Source: Macrostomum lignano | Lineage: Eukaryota | NCBI GenBank assembly: GCA_002269645.1 | Contig: NIVC01000180.1 | Location: 248,001-312,000, forward strand | DNA length: 64,000 bases | Direction: 5' to 3' | In this document: in pieces, positions 27,501 through 38,019 of the stretch | Layout of the letters: every line of letters begins with the position of its first letter | Numbering within the stretch: position 1 is the first letter of the stretch | Notes under the pieces: generated by a model | Seen by the model: the letters and a program-made list of their open reading frames with translations, nothing else | What the model was told of the DNA's origin: nothing | Databases searched by the model: none | Made by a program: the position numbers and the translations under genes

Positions 27501-28948
27501 GATAAAAGGTTGGTGGGCTACCCTCAAAGGGGCGCGGTACCCACCCGGCCGCTCCACCTGACCGGGCAGTAGGCCAATAGCACCCTCAAGGCTGGCCCGA
27601 CACCAGGAGGGGGACCGCTTGCGACCGGACTACTCCCCGGCCTTCCAGCCCATCGGCACGGTCAACACCTTAGGCATTAGAGAGTACGTTAAGCAGTACC
27701 ACGGCCTGCAGGTTGGCGAGCCAGACCCGCATACCCAAATTCGGCCGAAGCCACTGGATAGGGTCGCCAGCGCCGGAGCCCAGTCTGTCCAGCAGCCCTA
27801 GGGACTGCCTTGAACACACGCGGGGACGAGTACCCTGGGTCGACTTGCGAGACAGCCTGGGGGGGGGGGGGTCTGCGGCTGCCAGAGGCAAATAGAGGGT
27901 GCAGACCTCCCACCAGCCTTGACCTGCTGAAGATAGGGGCAGGCGTGAAGCATCGCAGACCTTAGCCCATGGGCCTAGTCTGTCTCATACTTCACTGGCA
28001 TGCTGAATACGCCTTCGCGCGTAGATCACATTCTATACTAACTAACAACGTTTTTACTTTTATTTTTTGCGCGACCTTTTTAAAGCTCTTGAAGGGTAAT
28101 GATTGGGTTCACCAGTTCACCCTCCAAAAAATATAACAAAAAGCTGCTCTCCTAAAGGGCTAGAGGGCACGCACAAGTTTAAAATTATAGGCGCTAGTAT
28201 AACGTTTCGTGCTCTATAAAAAATAAACATTTTTTCAGTTTTTCAGTCTGAATTTTTTAGAACTTTTTGCTATGTAGTTTGTTGCATTTATTGGTAGAAG
28301 TTGTAAACTGCTAGGTTTTTTAGACCTATTCTATTGCTATATTTCTTGATTTGATTCACAAATTTTGAACTCACATTTAATTTAAGTACTTCTGAAAGCA
28401 GATTAAATAAACACAAAGTACTGTACTATACTATAATTTATAAACCAATAAAATTGAATACTATAATATTTTATTCTAAAACAAAAAGATATAGATAGTA
28501 GACTAAAATGCCTATGAAGAATATATGATTATTTTATTTTAATAATATAAATAGCCTAGCATTTTTATTGAGTCTATTTAGCATAGTTTTGAATTTTAGC
28601 TTTGGTGATGACTCATTTACTTTTATGTTATGAATATAAAAAAATATGGCATATTATTAGTGGTTAGATAATAGCAATTATACTGTAGAAGTGCTATAAT
28701 TAGTATAATATTATAATAGTATATCAATTATGACTAATAAATAGAAAATTCCAATTGATAGCTAATATCAATTAGTAAAATGCACCTAAAATTTCAATTT
28801 GTGGGAGGTTTGTATCTATTAGGCATGTCTATATGGGTTTTTTAAAGCTTTAATCTTGTTGCATATATAAAAGTATTTTAATAATAATATTAAAATTCAA
28901 GTATAATTCCTATTTATTAAGTTTTATATACTTTTTCTAAGTGAATAC

Positions 28949-29489
28949 TAGGGATTGCAATCCCAAGATCCCAAGATCCCAAAATCCTAAGATTAGGCCC
29001 AAATTTTAGGATTTCCGGTCCTAATTTTTATTATTTTTATAAAAAGTATTGTTAATAAAACTGAAATATAATTGGGCCCACAACTAAGTTTATTATTTTA
29101 TTATATTGCACTTATTTCTATTAAAGTTCCTCATGTTGCGTGGTGCCTTTTTAAACCCTATATCATCACAGATTTAAATGTGAAATTTATTCCAATGTAA
29201 ATTTTGATTTATGATTAGCTTATTTACCACTATTTAGTACTTTTATACTACTTACTTCATCACAAAATAATGCTGTTTTTCATCTATAAAAAGATCATTA
29301 TCTTTATAAAAATAAAAAAATAGAAGCAAAAATATGTTTAGCATATATTTTGCCTTAAAATCTTAACCCAAAACTCAAAGCTTAAAAATCTATATTTTTT
29401 ATCCTAGGATTGAATACTAAGATTGGCCAAATTCTAGGATTAAATCCCAAGATCCCAGGATTACAAAAAACAGGATTTTGCAATCCCTA
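28949..29489. mobile_element. hAT-type MITE (541 bp)
   Basis: 12-bp TIRs tagggattgcaa / ttgcaatcccta; 8-bp TSD gtgaatac / gttaatac (1 mismatch); subterminal atccca(a/g)g repeats. Confidence 0.88.
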
Positions 29490-29715
29490 GTTAATACTTA
29501 GAAAGTATAATAAAGTATAATAATAAATAAAGTATAATATTGGCTATATACCTAGGCACCTTTGCTGCAATATAGCCAATAGATAGTTATATAATAATAT
29601 ATTACACCTGCACTAATTAGGCCAGATATGCAATTGACAGCTTAGCTACAGCTATTGTGTAGCACATCTGAAAGCTGCATATAGCTGTTTAGTCCATGTA
29701 CTAGAGGGTTGTTAA

Positions 29716-29857
29716 TCCACCCATTTTATAGCTGGGTAAACTGAATCAATGCAGAGAGTTAAGTGCCTTGCTTAAGGGCATAAATTGCTTCAGTGGGATT
29801 GAGAATCAAACCCCCAGCCTTCAAGTCATGAGTCTGATACTCTAAACACTAGACTAT
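29716..29857 (-). mobile_element. tRNA-derived CORE-type SINE copy
   Basis: The reverse complement reads A-box-like tagtctagtgt, then ggtttgattc (B-box-like), then cccttaagcaaggcacttaactct...cagtttacccagctataaaatggg; homologous to 9630-9830. Confidence 0.7.
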
Positions 29858-30504
29858 GATGTGTTCCTTATTACTAAGACCTTTCTCAGTAATCAAAGAA
29901 CAATCACTTCTAGCTACTGCTAGGCAACCCAGTAATCAACTGAAGGTAGTTATTACCTTGAATCCGGATTAGTTCTTCTTGAGATGAGTAGATCTCGACT
30001 GCAAGTAGTCTCTGTAGATCAGGCACCTTACTTCTTTGTAGTTCTGGTCCTTTGCACTTTTACTTCCGCTGGAGTGTCTCCGGCCAGTATCTGTTGTTCG
30101 GACCAATCAGAAGCTTCGAATTAACAATGGGATCCCTGCGCCAAACTGCGGTTTCAAATAAGCCTTCTCCTTCTAGCAGTGCCTCAATGTACTCTAGGTA
30201 TAGCTCTGGTAATCACTGATAGTCTTCTAAGATCTATCAGGGTAGTCCTTTTGGAGACTATAACCAATGAAGTCTCAATAGACTCAAGAGTCTCAACAGA
30301 CTCAATCTCAACAACAATAATGAGTCGACTCAGACAATGGGCGCAAATGAGTAAGGCTTACCACAAGAACTTGACCAAGTCTCGATTAACTTAGTCTTCA
30401 GGAAGTCCTCCTAAGGCTTCCTCTTTGGAGCGTCTCCTTCTGGAGGTTCGGTTGTTGGCTCTGGGTCTGTTTTGGACCACTTGTATTTATAGGCAATTTT
30501 GCAA

Positions 30505-30680
30505 ACTATAAATAGCAACATGACTCGGGTGTTGCGCTATAAAGGGTAACATGACTCATTTTTGTGCTATAATTAGTAACGATAGATAATAGATTCTGGG
30601 TTATAAATTATCATGATTCATTCCTTACTATAAGTAGTATCATGACTCATTCATTTGCTATAAATAGTAACATGATTCAG
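30505..30680. repeat. Degenerate roughly 30-bp repeats (ctataaatagtaacatgactca) carrying TATAAA and TGACTCA-like motifs
   Basis: About 5 imperfect copies 380-550 bp upstream of the Kish ATG. Confidence 0.65.
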
Positions 30681-31057
30681 GGTTTCAATACGCATGTGTG
30701 CACTAGTCTTCTTACAGTAGCATTCCATGATTAAAATTTTACATTAACAATTTTTATGCCTTTTTGTGGGCGGTAGAACACTACAACTACAACCCCTTAG
30801 GTTGCCAATAGAGTTCCAATAAATAATCTCTATTAGATATTTTGTTGACTAGCAGGCAAAACAGGCTAAACTGCCTGATAAGCCTAAGTTAGTACTAATT
30901 ATTTATGGTTAGTAGCACTAATTAGGTGACGAGGCATTGACGAAGTGTTACTCCTGCCGTTTACCAACTTTATCGCAATTTAGTGGGATAAAACACATTA
31001 CCCAGGCTCAGTTATTCTGCAATCGCCAATGTGATTGCAAATCGCCTTCATGCAGAC

Positions 31058-31282
31058 ATGACAAACGCCTACAGCTTTGATGGCGCCCTGGTGATGTCGC
31101 TGCTGTTTGTTTGCACCTGCGCCTACCTGCGCCGGGTACCTCGCCTGCGGCAGTGGTGCTTCTCAGAGAAGTCGGGCCTGTGGGGCGTCCTGTACAAGGG
31201 GGCGGTGATCGGAGTCCGGCTGCACATTGTCGTGGCCATCGCCTGCACTGTGATGGCATTCTACGTGCTGTTTGTGCGATGA
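31058..31282 (+). CDS. TMEM167B: Protein kish-B (TMEM167B), 74 aa, coding region intronless
   Basis: [30 protein letters not shown]...[17 protein letters not shown]...MAFYVLF closely matches the recalled TMEM167B sequence. A CAG acceptor lies 2 nt before the ATG. Confidence 0.95.
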   Translation: MTNAYSFDGALVMSLLFVCTCAYLRRVPRLRQWCFSEKSGLWGVLYKGAVIGVRLHIVVAIACTVMAFYVLFVR

Positions 31283-31539
31283 GCTCACCCTCTGAACTCG
31301 CCTTCCCAGTTGCCATCGAATCCCCGAATCTTTGTTCAATTCTGCTTCAATCCGTGCCCTCTCTGCTGGTGGTTTTGGTGATTGCACTTGAGAGTCTCTG
31401 TGTATTTCAATTATAGAATAGAAACTGATCTAGTGATCTTAACTCCTGTCCTGCTTAAAGACCCATTGTATTGATAAGTTACTGACTGCTTGTGTCTCTC
31501 TTCTTTTCATGAAATTCTCCCAATTTTTTACTGCTCCAC

Positions 31540-32120
31540 TTTATTCACCCACTCTCCTTAACCTACTCTCATTCACCCGCCATCTCATTCGCCCACTCTC
31601 ATTCGCCCACTCTCTCATTCGCCCACTCTCTCATTCGCCCACTCTCTCATTCGCCCACTCTCTCATTCGCCCACTCTCTCATTCGCCCACTCTCATTCAC
31701 CCTTTCTCTCCTTAAACTACTCTCATTCACACGCCATATCATTCACCCACTCTCTCATTCACCCACTCTCATTCACCCACTCTCTCATTCGCCCACTCTC
31801 TCTCTAACCTACTCTCTCCTTAACCTACCCTCCTTAACCTACTCTCATTCACCCACTCTCTCATTCGCCCACTCTCTCTCTCTCTCTAACCTACTCTCTT
31901 CTTAACCTACTCTCTCCTTAACCTAGTCTCTCCTTAACCTACTCTCATTCACACACCATCTCATTCACCCACTCTCATTCACCCACTCTCATTCGCCCAC
32001 TCTCTCATTCGCCCACTCTCCTATTCACCCAATCTCTCATTACACTCTCTCATTCTACTCTCTCATTCACCCACTCTCTCATTAATACTCTCATTCACAC
32101 CATACCATTCACTCACACTC
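31540..32120. repeat. Pyrimidine-rich 16-18-bp minisatellite (ctcattcgcccactct / cttaacctactct)
   Basis: Seen directly. Confidence 0.9.
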
Positions 32121-32799
32121 ATTAAACCGATCTCTCATTCATTCTCTTCCAATACTTGCTAAATTGACAGAAGTCTCTCAAGAGTCCATCCTCATTACTA
32201 TTTGAAATGTTCATTGACAAGCTCCAAGATTCGGCAGTTGACCCCGCCAGCCGAATGCTGCATCACCCCCCCCCACAGTGCCAAATAAACTCCCCCAACA
32301 TCTCTGACTGTCATACCTGCTGGATATGATACTTGAGATGTTTCAAAGTTTACAAATAGTATGCACAGCCTATCTCAGTAACAGTCCCATTGCAGTGCTG
32401 CCCTGTGCCACCTTGTTAAGCAGAATCATTTATTACCTGTAAATATTGGCAAACGAACAACTGGATCGAGGCGTCACAAATGCTTAAAGTTTTACGCGTT
32501 TTCTGTTACTATTAGTAGTTAAATTGGTTTCCTCGTTAACTTTTTTATTCGGAAAACTGCTATCTATATTTAGTTGCCTGGGTGTTTCGGCTGCAGTTCT
32601 TTTGGACTAGTGGCGACTTTACTGCACTTGCTTGCGTACTCAGAAAGCTGAAAGAATTGCTATCAGCATATCACAATAGGAAGAGTTCTCATGGAAATAT
32701 AACTGATCTGTATAGTTGATTGCTTGCTCAGACAAATTCATAGCCTCCGTTATTTTCTGCAATTTGAGTTTTTAATAGCCCTGTCAGAGCTCTCTGTGT

Positions 32800-33188
32800 A
32801 TGTCTCTGTTTGTGTGTCTGTCTGCCTGTCTGTCTGTCTGTCTGTCTGACTGTCTGCTTGTCTGTCTGACTGTCTGCCTGTCTGTCTGTCTGTCTGACTG
32901 TCTGCTTGTCTGTCTGTCTGTCTGACTGTCTGCCTGTCTGCCTGTCTGTCTGTCTGCTTGTCTGTCTGTCTGTCTACCTGTCTGTCTACCTGTCTGACTG
33001 TCTGCCTGTCTTGTCTTTATGTCTGTCTGCCTGTCTGTCTGTATTTCTGTCTGTCTGCCTGGCTGTCTGCCTGTCTGTCTGTCTGCCTGTCTTGCCTGTC
33101 TGTCTGTCTACCTGCCTGTCTGTCTGTCTGTCAGTGTCTGTCTTTCTTTCTGTCTGTCTGTCTGTCTGTCTGCCTGCCTGCCTGTCTT

Positions 33189-33247
<59 letters not shown>

Positions 33248-33318
33248 GCCTGTCTGTCTCTGTGTGTCCGTCTGTCTGTCTGTCTGTCTGTCTGTCTGTA
33301 TGTCTGTCTATCTGTCTG

Positions 33319-33369
<51 letters not shown>

Positions 33370-33372
33370 GTG

Positions 33373-33411
<39 letters not shown>

Positions 33412-33440
33412 GTCTGTGTGTCTGTCTGTCTGTCTGTCAG

Positions 33441-33480
<40 letters not shown>
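32800..33480. repeat. (TGTC)n imperfect tetranucleotide array
   Basis: Seen directly; source of the VCLS ORFs. Confidence 0.96.
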
Positions 33481-33481
<1 letters not shown>

Positions 33482-33625
33482 TAGTGCCTGCCCTAATTTG
33501 CTATCTGTTGATGTTTCAGTCTCTGTCAGCGCTAAATCTTCCAAACTTTATTGTTGAGCTGCAGTATAAAAACTAATCCAGCTAGTAATGAGTGGCAGTT
33601 ATTATACAGTTAAACATTTTTATGC

Positions 33626-36084
33626 ATGCCGGTGACGGCAGATCAAAGCCAGCTGCCAGCCATGCCGCCACCCAGCGAGCTCCGCCTGTCCCTCTCAATC
33701 GCCTCGCACGCGGTCGCCCTGCTGTGCGTGGCGGCGCCTTCGATCGCGCTGCACTCGGGCGTCAGGCCGTTCCGCCGCGAATTCTTCTGCACAGACGAGT
33801 CCATCGCCTACCCCTACAGAAAGGACACTGTGCCCTTTGCTCCGGCTTTCGGCGGCGGAATCGCCGTTGCCGTGGCAACCATCCTGGTGGTGGAGGCGCT
33901 GCGGCTGCTGTGCGACCAGCCGGCCGCGCGGGGGCAACTGACGGATTGCCTGCAGCGGTGCCTGTCGGAGCGGTCGGCCGGCTTCGTGTCGGCGCTGCTG
34001 CGGGCCCTGTACGCCGGCGTGTTCGGCCTGCTGTGCACTGAGCTGGTCACCGTAGCCGGCAAGCTGGGCTTCGGTCGGCAGCGGCCGCATTTCCTGGCCG
34101 TCTGCCAGCTGCTCAACGCCAGCGCCTGCCGTCCCGGCCTGCTGCTCAGCCCGCTGGGGGCCTGCGGAGCGGCCGCCGTGGCGCCCAAGGCGCTGGACGA
34201 GGCCAGCATGTCCTTCCCAGCGGCCACTCCTCATTCAGCATGTTCGTGGCTGTCTTCCTGGCGTTGTACCTGCAGGCTCGGCTGGGCTTCCGGCATCCAA
34301 TGCATCCTGTGAAAAATGTCTACCAGCTGGCCCTGCTGGCGCTGGCCGGGTGAGTGCTGCCGCGCAGTTTGGATCTTCAGTTGCTGGGCTTCTCAGATCC
34401 TCAGTTGCTGGGCTTCTCAGATCCTCAGTTGCTGGGCTTCTCAGATCCTCAGTTGCTGGGCTTCTCAGATCCTCAGTTGCTGGGCTTCTCAGATCCTCAG
34501 TTGCTGGGCTTCTCAGATCCTCAGTTGCTGGGCTTCCCAGATCCTCAGTTGCTGGGCTTCCCAGATCCTCAGTTGCTGGGCCTCCCAGATCCTCAGTTGC
34601 TGGGCTTCCCAGATCCTCAGTTGCTGGGCTTCCCAGATCCTCAGTTGCTGGGCTTCCCAGATCCTCAGTTGCTGGGCTTCCCAGATCCTCAGTTGCTGGG
34701 CCAGCCTCCTAGATCCCCAGCCTCCCAGATCCTCAGCTTCCCAGATCCCTTGTTTCTGAGCCAGCCTCCCAGATCCCTAATTGCTAGGCCAGCCTCCCAG
34801 ATCCTCAGTCTCCCAGATCCTCAGTCTCCCAGATCCTCAGCCTCCTGGTTCTCAGTCTCCCAGATCCTCAGCCTCCTGGTCCTCAGTCTCCCAGATCCTC
34901 AGTCTCCCAGATCCTCAGTCTCCCAGATCCTCAGTCTCCCAGATCCTCAGCCTCCCAGATCCTCAGTCTCCCAGATCCTCAGTCTCCCAGGTCCTCAGTC
35001 TCCCAGATCCACAGCCTCCTGGTCCTCAGTCTCCCAGATCCTCAGTCTCCCAGATCCTCAGCCTCCTGGTCCTCAGCCTCCCAGATCCTCAGTCTCCCAG
35101 ATCCCCAGCCTCCTGGTCCTCAGTCTCCCAGATCCTCAGCCTCCTGGTCCTCAGTCTCCCAGATCCTCAGGCTCCCAGATCCTCAGTCTCCCAGATCCTC
35201 AGTCTCCCAGATCCTCAGTCTCCCAGATCCTCAGCCTCCCAGATCCTCAGTCTCCCAGATCCTCAGTCTCCCAGATCCTCAGCCTCCCAGATCCTCAGTC
35301 TCCCAGATCCACAGCCTCCTGGTCCTCAGTCTCCCAGATCCTCAGTCTCCCAGATCCTCAGCCTCCTGGTCCTCAGCCTCCCAGATCCTCAGTCTCCCAG
35401 ATCCTCAGTCTCCCAGATCCCCAGCCTCCTGGTCCTCAGTCTCCCAGATCCTCAGCCTCCTGGTCCTCAGTCTCCCAGATCCTCAGCCTCCCAGATCCTC
35501 AGTCTCCCAGATCCTCAGTCTCCCAGATCCTCAGCCTCCCAGATCCTCAGTCTCCCAGATCCTCAGTCTCCCAGATCCTCAGCCTCCCAGATCCTCAGCC
35601 TCCCAGATCCTCAGTCTCCCAGATCCTCAGTCTACCAGATCCACAGCCTCCCATATCCTCCACGGCCTCCCAGATCCTGAGTTGCTGGGCCAGCCTTCCA
35701 GATCCTGAGTTGCTGGGCCAGCCTCCCAAATCCTGAGTTGCTGGGCAACCCTGAGATCTCAAAGATTAGTCGCCAGCACCCCAGGTGGCAGCAATGAGCA
35801 GTTGGCCTGATATCCCCGTCTCACTCGCTTGCAGCTTCGTGTGTGGCAGCCGCGTGTCTGACTATCACCACCACTGGAGCGACGTGCTAGCCGGCGCCTC
35901 CATCGGCGCCCTGTTCGGCTTCCTGATGTCGCTGAAGTTCGCCGCCGGCCTGTCGATTTTTCGGCCGCTGCGGCTGGTCGACTGCGACGGAGTCGGCGGC
36001 GGCGCCAGCTACGAGCTGGTGGGCTCCGCCGACATTTCAAAGGCGGGCGACGACCCCTCCGCCGCCGCTGACGCCCTGCCCTGA
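33626..36084 (+). CDS. PLPP: Phospholipid phosphatase (PAP2/PLPP, wunen-like): join(33626..34349, 35835..36084) with a 1-nt frameshift at about 34216-34218
   Basis: [17 protein letters not shown]; C1 KLGFGRQRP; C2 SFPSGH (needs one extra C in ttccc|agc); C3 [13 protein letters not shown]. The GT-AG intron is phase 2 once the frameshift is corrected. Confidence 0.88.
34372..35750. repeat. Compound minisatellite (cagatcctcagttgctgggcttcc 24-mer; cagatcctcagtctcc 16-mer) filling the PLPP intron
   Basis: Seen directly; same family as 47548-47880. Confidence 0.95.
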
Positions 36085-36734
36085 AGTCCCGTTTTTTTTA
36101 CGATTTTGCGATAAGTTTTGGTGTGACATGTTCATTAGCTGCTACTTACTAGTTTTATTTAGTAGTATTGGCTGTGTAATTTTTATCCGCAAAGTTTTAA
36201 ATCGCGATTTCTTAACATATTTTCACGGATGCGTTTTTACTAAACCTTTTACCCTCTTGTTCTAACAAAGGCTAACAACATTCCAGCCCTGTTTGTTATC
36301 TGGTTTGACCTTCATTTGTGCCTTACTTCCATGAAATCAATCTCTCTTTGAGGACTGTTCTCTAACCCCAATATTTTAGACAGGTTTCCAGCTGTTCTAA
36401 CAGTTATTTAAGCGCAAATATACACCGTTTTAATCATCTTTTTTCTGATAAATTAGCTTTAAACAATGTGCTGTTGTTTTGTGTAGTGCTTCGTTTCTTG
36501 CTAGGAACTTTGTGCCCTAAATTTCAGGTAGGTTGAGACCTCAGTGCTTGGCTCGGCTTGTATTGTTTATAGTGCTTTGCGGACTCCATTATGTCTGCTA
36601 AGGATTACTGCGCTAATGGACCCTTCGTGCTAGAATTAGCTGGTGTTAATAGCGTGAGCCGCCATCCCGTGATTGGCATGGACAGTTTTGTCCTGCCTTG
36701 CCTTTGAGATTTAATGAATGCCCATGAGAGTCCA

Positions 36735-37425
36735 GCTGCTCCGGAATCTCTCCCTATGAGAGTCCTACTTCAGAATGACTCCCTATGAGAGTCCTACTTC
36801 AGAATGACTCCCTATGAGAGTCCTACTCCGGATTCTCCCTATGAGAGTCCTACTCCGGAATCTCTCCCTATGAGAGTCCTACTCCAGAATCTCTCCCTAT
36901 GAGAGTCCTACTCCAGAATCTCTCCCTATGAGAGTCCTACTCCAGAATCTCTCCCTATGAGAGTCCTACTTCAGAATCTCCCTATGAGAGTCCTACTTCA
37001 GAATCTCCCTATGAGAGTCCTACTTCAAAATCTCCCTATGAGAGTCCTACTTCAGAATCTCCCTATGAGAGTCCTACTCCAGAATCTCTTTCTATGAGAG
37101 TCCTACTCCAGAATCTCTCCCTATGAGAGTCCTTCTTCAGAATCTCTCCCTATGAGAGTCCTACTCCAGAATCTCTCCCTATGAGAGTCCTTCTTCAGAA
37201 TCTCTCCCTATGAGAGTCCTACTCCAGAATCTCTCCCTATGAGAGTCCTACTTCAGAATCTCTCTTTATGAGAGTCCTACTCCAGAATCTCTCCCTATGA
37301 GAGTCCTACTTCAGAATCTCTCTCTATGAGAGTCCTACTCCAGAATCTCTCCCTATGAGAGTCCAGCTGCCCCGGAATCTCTCCCCATGAGAGTCCAGCT
37401 GCTCCAAAATCTCTCCCTGAGAGTC
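36735..37425. repeat. 27-29-bp minisatellite (cctatgagagtcctactccagaatctctc)
   Basis: About 23 copies. Confidence 0.94.
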
Positions 37426-37724
37426 CATCCGCTATCTAGAAACCCATGAGAGTCTGTCTGTCCGGGCTGTTTTGGAGTCTCCTATCCCCCACAACGTCGG
37501 GATCCAATAAATTTGATAATTGCATTTCAAGTCCAGCAGGGCAGTCGCCCTCTCAAACTAATTCATTTATGATTGGTCCAATGAAGCTCTGGATTGCGAT
37601 ATCCAATAGAGCTCAGGCCATAGCAACAGTTTAAACTCAGGCTAAGATTTGAATTTATGGAGTGCGGGAGGTTGGAACTAGCGGTGAGAGCTGTGGCCGC
37701 GGTTAGAATTTATTTATAGCAGTA

Positions 37725-37731
37725 GAGACAG

Positions 37732-37782
<51 letters not shown>

Positions 37783-38019
37783 GGCAGGCAGACGGACAGA
37801 CAGACAAACAGACAGACGGACTGACAGACAGACGGACGGACAGACAGACAGACAGACAGACAGGCAGACAGACAGACAGACAGGCAGACAGGCAGACGGA
37901 CAGACAGACAAACAGACAGACGGACAGACAGACAGACGGACGGACAGACAGACAGACAGACAGACAGGCAGGCAGGCAGGCAGGCAAACAGACAGGCAAA
38001 GACAGACAGGCAGGCAGAC
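37725..38019. repeat. (GACA)n array directly abutting the DEG/ENaC start codon
   Basis: Seen directly; reverse complement of the 32800-33480 array. Confidence 0.95.

Larger units (their letters stand above)
22114..28019 (-). mobile_element. Full-length 5.9-kb non-LTR retrotransposon (APE-RT-RNase H; R1/LOA-like group)
   Basis: Perfect 10-bp TSD cgtagatcac at 22104-22113 and 28020-28029; 3' tail of (AAGTC)n units; two intact ORFs in tandem. Confidence 0.97.

Noticed and set aside
27560-28019. HDV-like ribozyme in the LINE 5' UTR (TCCCCGC loop, possible P4 hairpin cagtc/gactg)
   Set aside because: By eye, P1 has no upstream partner, P3 is mismatched and J4/2 does not fit CNRA. A covariance-model search would be needed to revive it.
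30060-30160. Candidate FUZ first exon (GAGIPLLIRS resembles SGVPLFCRS)
   Set aside because: An in-frame TGA follows immediately, and the true N-terminal longin strand is already encoded at 20741-20896.
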